Of a stretch of DNA of 64,000 nucleotides, positions 37,599 through 48,560 are shown one piece after another; the first letter of the stretch is position 1, and every line of letters starts with the position of its first letter. Origin of the DNA: Pavona decussata (taxonomy: Eukaryota); contig CDRNST010000049.1 in the NCBI GenBank assembly GCA_977016875.1, positions 5,208,001 through 5,272,000 of the forward strand, given 5' to 3'. The notes below the pieces were generated by a model that was given only the letters and a program-made list of their open reading frames with translations, made no database searches and was not told the DNA's origin. A program made the translations under genes and the position numbers.

Positions 37599-38383
37599 GT
37601 ACCCTCATCTGAGGAGGAGGATGGAAAGAAATTGCAAATGGCTTCATGGGAGCTTTAGATGACAAGCATATTGCCATTAAAGCTTCAAAACACAGCGGGA
37701 GCATGTTCTTTAACTATAAAGGATTTTTCAACATTGTGCTTCTGGCATTGGTGGATGCTGACGACAAGTTTACCTTTGTAGATGTTGGGTCTAATGGCAG
37801 AATCAGTGATGGAGGAGTATTACGGGAGTCCTGCTTACAAGCAGCTTTGGACAACAATAGCCTTGGCGTTCCACCTCCTAACTGTGTCCCAGAAAGAAAC
37901 ACTCCTGTGCCTTATGCTATCGTTGCAGATGAGGCATTTCCAGTTAAAGAAAACCTTATGAAGCCATTCCCAGCTAAAAATCTAGATGATGCCTCAAGAG
38001 TGTTTAACTATAGACTCTCGCGAGCTCGCAGTCACAGAGTCAAAGAAAATGCTTTTGGAATTCTAGTCCACATATTTCAAATCTTTCAGTTGACCATTCC
38101 ACTTGAGCCGAAAAAAGTTGAGTTAGTTATGCTTGCATGCATTGCATTGCACAATTATCTTCGCACAAAGAGTGTTGCGTATAGCCAAGCTGTGGCAGAT
38201 TCAGAGACTGCAACACACGAACTGTTGCTTGGAGAATGGCGGCGTAACCCAAATGCTCAGTTACCCTCTGTCTGCCTGCAAGGGTCTAACCGAAGCTCAA
38301 TACAGGCCAGGGAAATCAGAGAGGAATTCCTTGACTATTTTATAACTAATGGTCAAGTTGACTGGCAATGGCATATGATTTAA
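37599..38383 (+). pseudogene. Second, diverged copy of the Harbinger transposase catalytic exon
   Basis: Same acceptor position (ttttag|GTACCC); roughly 70-75% aa identity by eye to 16709-17512; lacks the KWNFPNC segment. Confidence 0.9.
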
Positions 38384-38886
38384 ATCATCACAACTGGTGT
38401 TCTACAAAAAGCATGTGCCGTGATAGGTTAAAACATTTTCATTACTAAAGCATTTGGACTACATTTTGCATGTACATTTGTTACTCTTGAATTGCTGAGT
38501 TTTGAGGCTTTTTCATTACAAGAATAGAAGCTTGTCATCTTGTACAACAGCATAATTTATTACTGTACGATTCATAATATGCTTGCCATGTTTGACAAAG
38601 TTATACGGGGAAGGAGGGCTTGGTGTTTGAGAAAGACATCAAGAACTTAATAGTATATCCACCTAGAGATGTACAGCTCCCCAGTACCTGTTCCACTCTT
38701 TTTTGATGATTGTACTTTCTTGAGTTCCTTACTATAATACGTCCTTAGACTGTTAAATTTCCTTTTTACTTCTTCGGCTGTAGAGAACAAAATGTTGAAA
38801 CAAGTAAATACATTAATCAAAACTTTGTGATTGGCTAGAGTGATGCAGCTGTACTTTGTTGGCGTTTCAATATTGCTACAGGTATG

Positions 38887-38887
38887 A

Positions 38888-38919
<32 letters not shown>

Positions 38920-38946
38920 CAACAACAACAACAATAATAATATAAT
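38887..38946. repeat. (AAT)n(AAC)n microsatellite
   Basis: Read directly. Confidence 0.9.
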
Positions 38947-38969
38947 TAACAATTACTCCCTGCAGTGGA

Positions 38970-39045
38970 GGTGGCTAGTGGTGGACATTTACCAAGCCAC
39001 AAAGCAGCAAGGTAAATATGTGATCCACCACTAGCCACTGACACT
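38970..39045. repeat. Hairpin end of an interspersed repeat
   Basis: gtggctagtggtgga.atttacc ... ggtaaat...tccaccactagccac inverted repeat. Confidence 0.55.
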
Positions 39046-40249
39046 AATTGTTTTAATATATAACAAACCAGTAGGATAAAATATCCGCAAAAATAGACTC
39101 AGAAGACTGCAAAAAGTCTTTTAGTTTGTAAGTCGCTCGCAAAATGTGACCTTCGCCGCACCACCTCGGAATAGCAAACACTATTTGAGCTTGAGTAACC
39201 AATCAGTTTGTGCTAAAAGCACCATCCACTGGTTTGGAATATACTAATTTTTTGATACGAAAACAATAATTGATTTGTCAGAAACAAAAATGTTTATTAC
39301 ACATGAACACAATATTGTCTAACCAAGTGCTGTTATAGTGTTTCACAATATTTTGTACAAAATCCCTGCTTTTAGCCTTCGGCTAATGCAACTCAGTAAA
39401 AGGGTTTCGGTGGGCTTATTCATCTGTACACGTAGCTTGATGGAAGGATTTTAAATTGAAATTCTAAACTTTGCTTTGGCTTTACTTTATTATGTTCTAT
39501 TTTACAAACTCACGATCAAAATGCATTTGAGGAGCCTGAGTACATGTGTAGCAATTAGGCATACACAGCTCACCAAAATTATAAACATGTTCTCGGTGCA
39601 ATCAGTGATGTGTTCTAATAAGTATGGAGCCAGTTTAGATTTATAATAGTGATGCTCTGTAAATTCACTATAAATTCATATCACAATCTAATTCAAATCA
39701 CTAATAACAAAAATGAATATAGTCATGAATACGGAACTTTGGGGTAAAAATAGTAATTTATGAAGAACAACTATGATCAAAAACAGAACTCCATCGCCCT
39801 AGAAAACAAACTTTACTTATCGCCTTTTAACCCAGTTTCTCCGCTAGTTCTTCCATTTTCTTCTGCTTGTTTTTTGTGTCTTTATACGCTGCAGACGAAA
39901 CGTCCCACAGATCTGGACAGTTTTGAACTTCCTTGATGAATTGAAAAGTTGCACGTTTGTCTTCACGTCCGTCCGCCATTTTGTGAAGTGTCACGCAAAT
40001 CACGTGAATAGAGCGTGTGTTTTGATTGGTTGATAGTCACCAACACACGTTTGCCAACCGTTCACACGTCAAATACGAGTTTGCCAACACGAAAAAGTTG
40101 GTGAAAAAGTTGGCGAGAATAGAGGCAAGTTCTTTTTTCGCCAATAGTTTGCCAACGTGTTTGCCGACTGTTTTTGTGCCGTTCACACACACCAACTTGA
40201 GTTTGCCAACACAAGTTTGCCAACTTGAGTTTGCCGTGTGAAGGCCGCT

Positions 40250-41790
40250 TAAGAGATGTTTAAACATATCAAACTTATTTCTAATACACTTTATATTTAG
40301 ATGTATAAAAGATAACCTATCATTTTGTATGTTTTGAGCTTGAACTGTATCAGCAAATTCTAGGGTGGAATAGTAACTACTGTTAGAATTACTGCTTAAC
40401 TCTTGGCAAATGTAGTCAGTTGTTTGAATATCAGTGAGGTCTTCTGGTTGCAATTGAAGTGGCTCAAATACTAGATTATCAAGCCTTTGTCGTTCATTCA
40501 AGGAAACGTTATTGCTACAGTCATCGAAATTTGCTTGGAAGCTTATATTATTAACATTAGTGAAGGGTAAACAATCATCTTTGCACTGATAACATGTGAA
40601 AGCATGAACTATACTCGACAAGGCGTCAAGCTGATTAGCCAGTCGTAAACATGCCTTATTGTAATGATAATGATTATGACAGATGGTACATATTACAGAT
40701 TTTTGGTTCTCTGCTATATTATAATTGCATGAATTGCAAAGGTTACTAACGTTTTGTGGCATAGTTATTAGGCGGTTAGTTTGTAAGTTGTATAACAAGA
40801 TTCCACACCTACATTCTAATCAGTAGACATGTTATTATCAACAGAGGCTGGAGCACCTCTGTATACTTGTCCATTTATAATTATTTTTTCCTTCACCAAT
40901 TATGCTTTGTTCGCTGCTTTTCTTGCTTTTTTTAAAATTGGGTATAATACCTTCCTTCGTTCGTGAATCTCTTTTCGAAACTGTTCTGCAATTCCATAGT
41001 TGGTACCTTTCAGTTCCCTTGCCGAGCGTCGAATAGACGCAATCAAAGATCGAGATTGGCTTGAGGCTGGTTCAGCTCCACGTGCTTGCCGTCTGTTGTC
41101 ACTTTTCGGATTTCCCAAGTGGTGTGCTCGTTCAAGAACGATACGGCTAGGATCGAGATGCAGTTTCCTTTGTATGAATGTTTTTACTAATGCAGTTGGG
41201 TCTTCCTCTATTTCCTCCTTGACGTTATACAAGATGAGGTTGTTGCGCATAGAGTATGCTCTGATTTCAATTATGTTGCTTTCCAATTTCTTCTTGTCTG
41301 CTTTGGTTTCTTCATCTCTGCTTCCTGGTGTTGAATGGCTTTATTCTGATTCTTCAAGTCCGTCTTTATCTCCACCCAAGACTGTTGCTCAAAAGTCAGC
41401 GAAGTTTTTAGTTCTTAGATGTCAACATCCATGGTGTCTAGCCAGGCGCTGATTGTGTCGAGCTTATCCAACTTCTTCAGTTTCTCGTTAATGGACTGCA
41501 TGAATTTCTGTAACGAGGCAGAAACGTCGTCACTGGGTGTTTGCATCCTTGTTTCTTTTGTTATTGGTTTGCTAGGTGTGCTTGTTAAGGTATTATTTAA
41601 CGTTTCTGCAGGGCGTTTTGCTAGCTTGTCCATTCCTGATACCATTCATTCATACCTCCTGCCATGCAACATGGCTGTGATACAAAACCACTATAGCTTG
41701 GATGAAGAGCACATGATTTTGAGAACGAAAATATTGAGTTCTGTTTGCTGTGTTGTATGTTTATCAGCTACACAATAACTTTTAATTATT
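40250..41790 (-). mobile_element. LINE-A 5' piece: ORF1 (~41645-40850) and start of ORF2 (PHD finger + APE start)
   Basis: ORF1 SMRNNLILYNV...LERAHHLG...GIAEQF..EIHERRKVL; ORF2 CNSC...CTICHNHYH..AC...CYQC then SFIHLNIKCI. Confidence 0.88.
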
Positions 41791-42069
41791 AACACTTGAT
41801 AAATGAATTCAGGAACCTTTGATATCTTTTCTGCCTGACACTTTTATTACAGTGTGGTGTTTTTTAAGTCCAATAATGAAAATGATTGAAAACATCACAG
41901 TCAAAGACCTACTTACTCATTTGTCACAATTTTACTCAGTGAATCATTATTTAATACTTCAAAGTCCCAGCACTATCCTGGCATGGTGGAAACCAGTTGA
42001 CCCTAAAGATTTTAGTTGCCCGAAAATTCTTGAAAGCTCATGACCATTTTCAAGAATGACCATTGACCA

Positions 42070-42078
42070 TAATAATAG

Positions 42079-42110
<32 letters not shown>

Positions 42111-42200
42111 TAATAATAATAATAATAATAATAATGATAATATATTTTTTTTAAATTTTAATGAGAACTCTTTATTAACATATTTAATAATAATAATAAT
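42070..42200. repeat. (AAT)n microsatellite
   Basis: Read directly. Confidence 0.85.
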
Positions 42201-42371
42201 TTTATTGAATAAGGAGTAATAAAATACATTTTACAATCAACATGACTCTAAGCGTACTATACAAGTATGGTTGCATGCAATAAAATTCAATAACATAATT
42301 GGAAATCAACTTTTGCACACTATTTATATCGTGAAATGAATAACAATTCAAGACATTCTCAGTTTAAAAAA

Positions 42372-44052
42372 TCCACCAAGAGCAATTAAAGCATCTGCTG
42401 AAGTTCTATGCCACCCTTTCAGCGAACTTTTTAATTACATCCTAAACAAATCCAGGATACCTCAACAATGGAAACTCGGAGAAGTTACACCTGTCTTCAA
42501 GAAAGATTGCTCTTTGACTAAATCCAATTACAGACCGATCACTATCTTGCCTTCATTGTCAAAAGTTTTTGAAACGCTAGTTCATACAAGAATTAGCCCT
42601 TACTTTGAAAGTATATTTCACAAACACGTATTCGCATATAGGAAACATCACGGAACGGATACTGCTTTACTTAGCCTCACAGAACAGTGGAGAAAGGAAT
42701 TGGACCAACATAATATCATTGGAATCGTGTCGATGGATCTTTCCAAGGCATTCGATACCTTGCCACACGAACTGCTGGTGGCCAAGCTCAAGTCCTATGG
42801 AGCTGACGGCAAAACTACCGATCTAGTTCATGACTACCTTGCAAATCGGCGTCAGCGGGTCAGATTAGGAGATCAGTTTTCAAACTGGGAAGAAATCTCA
42901 GTGGGGGTCCCACAAGGCAGCGTACTGGGCCCACTATTATTCAATATATTCATGAACGATCTTGTTTACGCTGTCAAACAGAGCAGACTATCTGCGTACG
43001 CAGACGACACGCAAATATTTTTCGCCGCCAGTACACCAGAGAAAGTTGAAGAAGTGATTAATGCAGATCTTGCCCATGTCGATCAATGGTATGAGCAAAA
43101 CGGCATGAGGAGAAACACTTCCAAGTACCAAGCAATAGTAATGAGAAAGACCCAGGTTAAGCCCCAGTTCCATTGCAAAGACATTGCTATTCCAATTACT
43201 GAAGATCTTGAAATGCTCGGAGTTACAGTAGATGACAAAATGAAATTTGAGAAGCACATAGGCAAAATATGCCGAAAAGTCTCCCAGCAGATTGCTGTAC
43301 TTAAGCGAATGAAAAAGATTCTTCCATTCGAAACAAGAAAGTGTCTTTACCTCGCATTTATCATCCCTCATTTTAACTACTGCTCAGAGACATGGCATTT
43401 CAGCAACAAAAGTGCCATTGCTAAGCTAGAAAAAGTTAATGAGCGTGCCCTCCGTTTTGTCTTTAACGAAAAACAAAGGCCCTACTCCGAACTACTCAAC
43501 AAAATAGGTTTACCATCACTTGAGAATCAACGCCTCGCAAAAATAGTTTGCACAGTTTTTAATGCAATTAATAATGAACATGCACCAAAAAGCATAAAAG
43601 AACTGATCGGTCTTAGAAATAATAAATACAATCTAAGAGGAAGTGACATTTTAAAGCGACCAAAGGCCAGCACTACAACTTATGGCCTTAAATCGTGGAG
43701 GTTTATGGCACCAAAACTCTGGAACTCATTACCTGACTCTAGCAGAACAGTGACTACTTACAAGGCTTTTAAAAACAGTATCAGAACACTAGATCTGGCA
43801 GGTCTACTATGATCGAGGGAGCTTTTCACACAATACGAATTATTGTAGTTTTTTATATCCATTTATTTCTTTATTGTAAATTTTTGTTTTACGTATGATG
43901 ATTAATTTGTATTAGAAATTTAAATTTTACCATTTGATGTTTTTTAATTTGTGTTAGTTATTTTAATCTTTTAGTGTGAAATACCTGTAAACTAGCTGGT
44001 GAGCCTAGCTTGCTGGTCTCACAAAAGCTAAGCGTATTTTCACAATAAACTG

Positions 44053-44137
<85 letters not shown>
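42372..44137 (+). mobile_element. 5'-truncated CR1/L2-type LINE with open RT (ORF to 43812) and (ATCT)n tail
   Basis: NYRPITIL, DLSKAFD, GVPQGSVLGP, YADDT, APKLWNSLP; AATAAA followed by (ATCT)n at 44054-44137. Confidence 0.93.
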
Positions 44138-44140
<3 letters not shown>

Positions 44141-44264
44141 ACATTGCATCATCCAGCCTAAAAATACAAAGCTTATAAAAATAGAGCGCAATATTCTTCT
44201 CTCCTCTTCTGCTCTATTTCCTACTTCATTTCTCACTTTCAATAGTTTAAAAAGCGTCGAAAAG

Positions 44265-45370
44265 TTAATAAAAAATAAATAAATAAATAAATAAATAAGG
44301 ACTATCTAAAAATATTTCAGACTGACAAAAAAGTCACTACTTAAATTCTGGCTTGCGCACTTTCCGATGTAATTTGAATGTCAGACATATTGGCTACTCT
44401 TCTCTTTCTCCTGGTTCCTCTGAAACACAGCAAGTCTGATCGTAGAATGGCAAAGGATACCTTTGCCCTTATCCAAGAAATGGTTGTAGCGTAGTCATCT
44501 CCTTTCTTTAACGCAAGTAGCTCTGCAAGGCGGCTATGGAATCTGTGGCATTCATCGTCCATTCCACCTGTGCTTGTAAAAACTAGTGGTGTGAATGACC
44601 CTTGCTCCACTCAAAAACCCGCCTGCTGTATTGGCTCTTCTTCTCATTTTCGTGTAGTTGGAATATCTGTCTCGGAGACAGTTCTCGATACGAATCTGCG
44701 TTTGGATGGCACATCCGAACATCGGAAAAAGCAGATTGCTGTCTGTCCCAAAACCCGCGAGCGTGAACATCTAGTCGGGCATCAGGCGCTTTGTTTGCGC
44801 CTCTATTTAACTCTTCCCTAGTGATCCCCTGAAGGACTGGCTCTATCTCTACGTCGGTGCAAACCGTGCGCAACATTTCCGCTTCTAAGTCCCTAATCTC
44901 ATTGTGCCTCTGAATAATCAGCCCCCCATGCCGGCAGACCATAGCATGGTCAATGGTAAATAAGTCCCCACATGTGCACATGGCCGGTAGGTCAGCCATC
45001 TCCCAGTCGTACCTTAGTTTGATTGCATCTCTGAATTCTCTTTTGTTCAAGTTAAAATTCATCTCCCTTATCAAGATCACTGTCAACCAATTCGAGGCTC
45101 CTTTCTCCGTAGCTAGCTCTACCGCGCATTCAGTTTTGCTTGGCAAGGATTCCCTCACCTGCTCACACTGCATCTTCAACAAATAATCTTTTTCTCTTTG
45201 TGCACTTGCCTGCAAGGTCTTTATTTCCGTCTCATTCGGTAGCTCGTAGGCTTGCTTGATAATTTACCGCACAAGAGGGCCTGTGATCTTAACAGACGCC
45301 TCATACTCTTGTAATGTGATTCTGGCTGGATTAACTAGCCCAAGCCCGCTTAAGCGAACTGAGAGTTCTA
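44265..45370 (-). mobile_element. CRE-clade non-LTR retrotransposon 3' end (zinc knuckle + restriction-like endonuclease)
   Basis: GASNWL, CTCG...[43 protein letters not shown]; (TTTA)n tail; one frameshift. Confidence 0.8.
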
Positions 45371-45575
45371 AAAACCCCATCAAACTATATCATAAAAAAA
45401 GAAACAAGAAAAAGTATGTATAAAAATCATAGGACCTAGATTTTGGCGAGGCATCTATCTAATTCAAAGTCTGCTTCTCGAACATTGCTTCTAATTGCTC
45501 TTCTAACTGTTCTTGACCCTCTAAGACAGAGTAAATCCAACCTAAGGATGGCAAAGGATACTTTAGAACGTATCC

Positions 45576-45708
45576 AATAACAATAATAATAATAATAATA
45601 ATAATAATTTTTACTAGTAATGATAATAATACTAATAATAATACTAATAATATTTATTACTAATAATATTACTAATAATGATACTACTTATTATTATTAT
45701 TATTATTA

Positions 45709-45746
<38 letters not shown>

Positions 45747-45758
45747 ATTATTATTATT
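45576..45758. repeat. Inverted (AAT)n...(ATT)n microsatellite block
   Basis: Read directly. Confidence 0.85.
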
Positions 45759-46504
45759 AAGCTGCAGTCATTAGTAATATTGTCATGTCAACAGATAGAT
45801 AAAGAATAATACATGGATGCACATAGATATGGAATTTCTCTGTCAGTATTTAACTCAATATATCATGTTCTTCATATATATGCCATGTATCAGGCCCAAC
45901 ATTTGCCATACATCATGTTCATCTATTTTTCGATGTTATATATATAGTAGGTAAAGGACTACATGCTTCTCCAATTTGTAAGTAATTAAATTCATTTTTA
46001 CTCATCCAATTACTTCCCGTTCCAAATTGGACACTAGTAATGATAATACTACTCCCAATAAAGCAAAAACCGCCCATCTTAAACTTAAATAATTAAACGT
46101 TTCTCGAAACCAAACCAGGCGTAACAAAGAGATAAGGAAGGTGTAAAAAGACAACCTGAGATATCAAACTTAAGTACGCCACAGTCCCACGTTCAGGTAG
46201 CTGTGATATACAAGATGTGGAGGAAACAGTTCGTGTTAACGAATTCTTACCTTTTCGTCTTTGAATTGTTGGCACACACCAACTTCATTTTCGCGTTTAT
46301 CTTTCAAGAAGTTGAAAATCTAAAGAGAATAAAGCCAAATATGAGTTTTTATAGCTTCAACATTTCTAATTTGTTCGAAAGAAAGAAAAAAGTGTCAAAA
46401 TACCTGGTCCACCCCCGATAACTGTTCTGGGGAAGCCATGTTGTTTCTCGGCAATGCAGCCTAGCCTGCCGTCTCACATGGCCCAGCTAGGTAGCCAGGC
46501 AGCT

Positions 46505-46665
46505 TAGTCACAAGAAAGTAGCAAGTAAGTAGCAGCCAAGTCGCAAGAAAGTAGCAGGAACGTCGCAGATAAGTTGCAAGCAAGTAGCAGGAAAGTTGCA
46601 GATAAGTCGTAAGAAAGTAGCAGGAAAGTCGCAGGAAAGTAGCAGGTTGCAGCTAAGTCGCAAGT
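46505..46665. repeat. Degenerate array of ~11-bp units (aagtagcag / aagtcgcag)
   Basis: Over ten imperfect units; resembles a subterminal array of a DNA transposon. Confidence 0.6.
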
Positions 46666-47599
46666 GAAAAGAAAGGAGTGGGAAAAGTGTATGTCCCTTT
46701 GAAGCCACCGTAGCATTACTGTTTTCTCTTAAGAAAAAATTCTTGTTGAAAAAGCATACTGTGTTATTACAGTATCGCCTGAATCCATATGCACATTGAC
46801 ACGCATAAACCGCAAGGGCAGAACGCAAAAAGGCCTACCTGAGGAACAAGACGAAATCGTGCGGTTGACGAGAAGGAAACCTAGGTCGAAAATCTACCGT
46901 GGTCAAAAGGACGAGACCCTGACACAATAGCATCTTGAAGCGTATTGTGATTTTGTTTTCCGTTGAATATTTTTTTTTCTCAAGTAAACCGCATGAAACA
47001 TGAAACACCACCTTGAAATACAGTCATTCTTTGGAGTCGTAGCATAGGAGACTAGACTTCAGACTGTTCCAGGTGCATGGATTTCCAACATCACGTAATT
47101 TTACGAATGCAAGAAGCCACCCATGCACTTTCTCTAGCCATTTAAATTCATGCCCTTAGATTACAAGTGTCCTGCGTATGTGGATTTCCATAAACAGATC
47201 CGGGAAACAAATCGACCAAGTGATTTGGTTTTCTCCAATGAATGTTGCATGACTTGTGACATGCGTTATCTGTAATATGCATTTAATATCACTTCCTTGA
47301 AGTTCTTCTTGAAATGTTTCAAGTTAAATCAAATTTAAAGAAATCATGACCTTTATGAACTAGTCACTTGAAACCCCCACCTCCTACCCCTGGGATAATG
47401 CGGGGAATTTAACATTTATGAAGTGTTAAATTTTGCCATTTTCCCTGGTCACCGGGAATCACTCATTGTTAATAGCACTGCTATCATATCCTCGGTCACC
47501 TTTTAATGCCCCAGTGTTTTTTGGCTGATTTATGCAATAAACAAAAATCAGATTTTAGCCGTTTTTAAACAGTTTATCAAGTAAATTATAGGTTGAAGT

Positions 47600-48560
47600 A
47601 CTCATCATTCATACAAGGAGGAAGGAAATTGAGTTGTTGCTCTGCCTTGAAGAATTATTTGCTCCCATCGCCATTCTTGTGGCTGAAGATTCATGCCTTT
47701 CAATTGTTGCACATGATGATACACTCTCCGACTATGGAATCTGGCAGCAGCTGATGTCGGGGGAATGACTTCATCTTCTTGATGTTCCATACTCTGCACA
47801 AATTCAATCGTTTCAGGAGTAATGGTAACAATGATGCCCATTCCGTGGAAGTAACCAGTTCCGTCTTCTGTTCTGGAGTTGTAATCAACTTTATTAGCAA
47901 CATATTGCATAAATTGGCCTGGAATCAAGCATGGTATTTTTGTCCCATGATCTACTGCTGCACCACATTCATATTTCTGGGTCGTACTATAAGAGGAGAA
48001 GAAACTGTGCGAGTTAGTTTAGCGCGTCAATAAGGAACTTTGAAGCAAAGTGGTGGTGCATCTGAACACCAAGCGCAAACTGTAGTGGTGCTGTAAGTGC
48101 TCTTGGCCGTGTAGCTTGTACAATTGCTTATCTGAGAGAGGCTAGCTTTAAACTCATATCTTTACCAGAAAACAAAGTCCTCAGGAAGGTCTGTAATAGG
48201 GTCGGAACAAACTCTAATGCAGTGTCAACTGAAGGCATTTCCGAACTCTCTGGGAAGTTCGTAGTGGACAAATCTTTACTCATAATTTCACGTTTTACCA
48301 ATTATCCATCCGCGATTCTTCTTCTTTAAAATCATCGCACCTTGGTTGAACATAAAATTCATGTCGATTGACGCCCTGTATATTTAAACGTAACCACATT
48401 AGGTATTTTCTTGGTGCTAGTGATCACAATTCTATATCCAAAATGTTCTTGCAACCTTCTTTTCATGTACAAGACACTATAGGGTAATTCCATGGTATTT
48501 TGCATGTCACTGAGGGGACAACGTAAAAGACAATACCATAGCGCACTCTGGACTTTCAAT
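47600..48560 (-). pseudogene. Academ-like transposase remnant, internally deleted
   Basis: RPRALTAPLQFALGVQMHHHFASKFLID, QYVANKVDYN..T.DGTGYFHGMGII joined directly to PPTSAAARFHSRRVY. Confidence 0.6.

Larger units (their letters stand above)
36782..39979 (-). pseudogene. MADF/BESS gene, copy b; exons 39979-~39821, 38777-~38650, 37521-37384, 37243-36782
   Basis: MADGRED...FIKEVQNCPDLWDVSSAAYKD (MADF N-terminal half), EEVKRKFNSLRTYY, DNDLFGQVV...KLKIQRLL. Confidence 0.8.
14119..40249. mobile_element. Giant composite PIF/Harbinger DNA transposon (26.1 kb including nested insertions)
   Basis: TIR AGCGACCTTCACACAGCAAA / TTTGCCGTGTGAAGGCCGCT; TAA TSD at 14116-14118 and 40250-40252. Removal restores the LINE-A frame ...DMFKHLL|DSLTYNWQF. 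Confidence 0.9.

Noticed and set aside
38647-38952. Signal-peptide-like poly-Leu ORF
   Set aside because: Microsatellite in an intron read through into the MADF exon.
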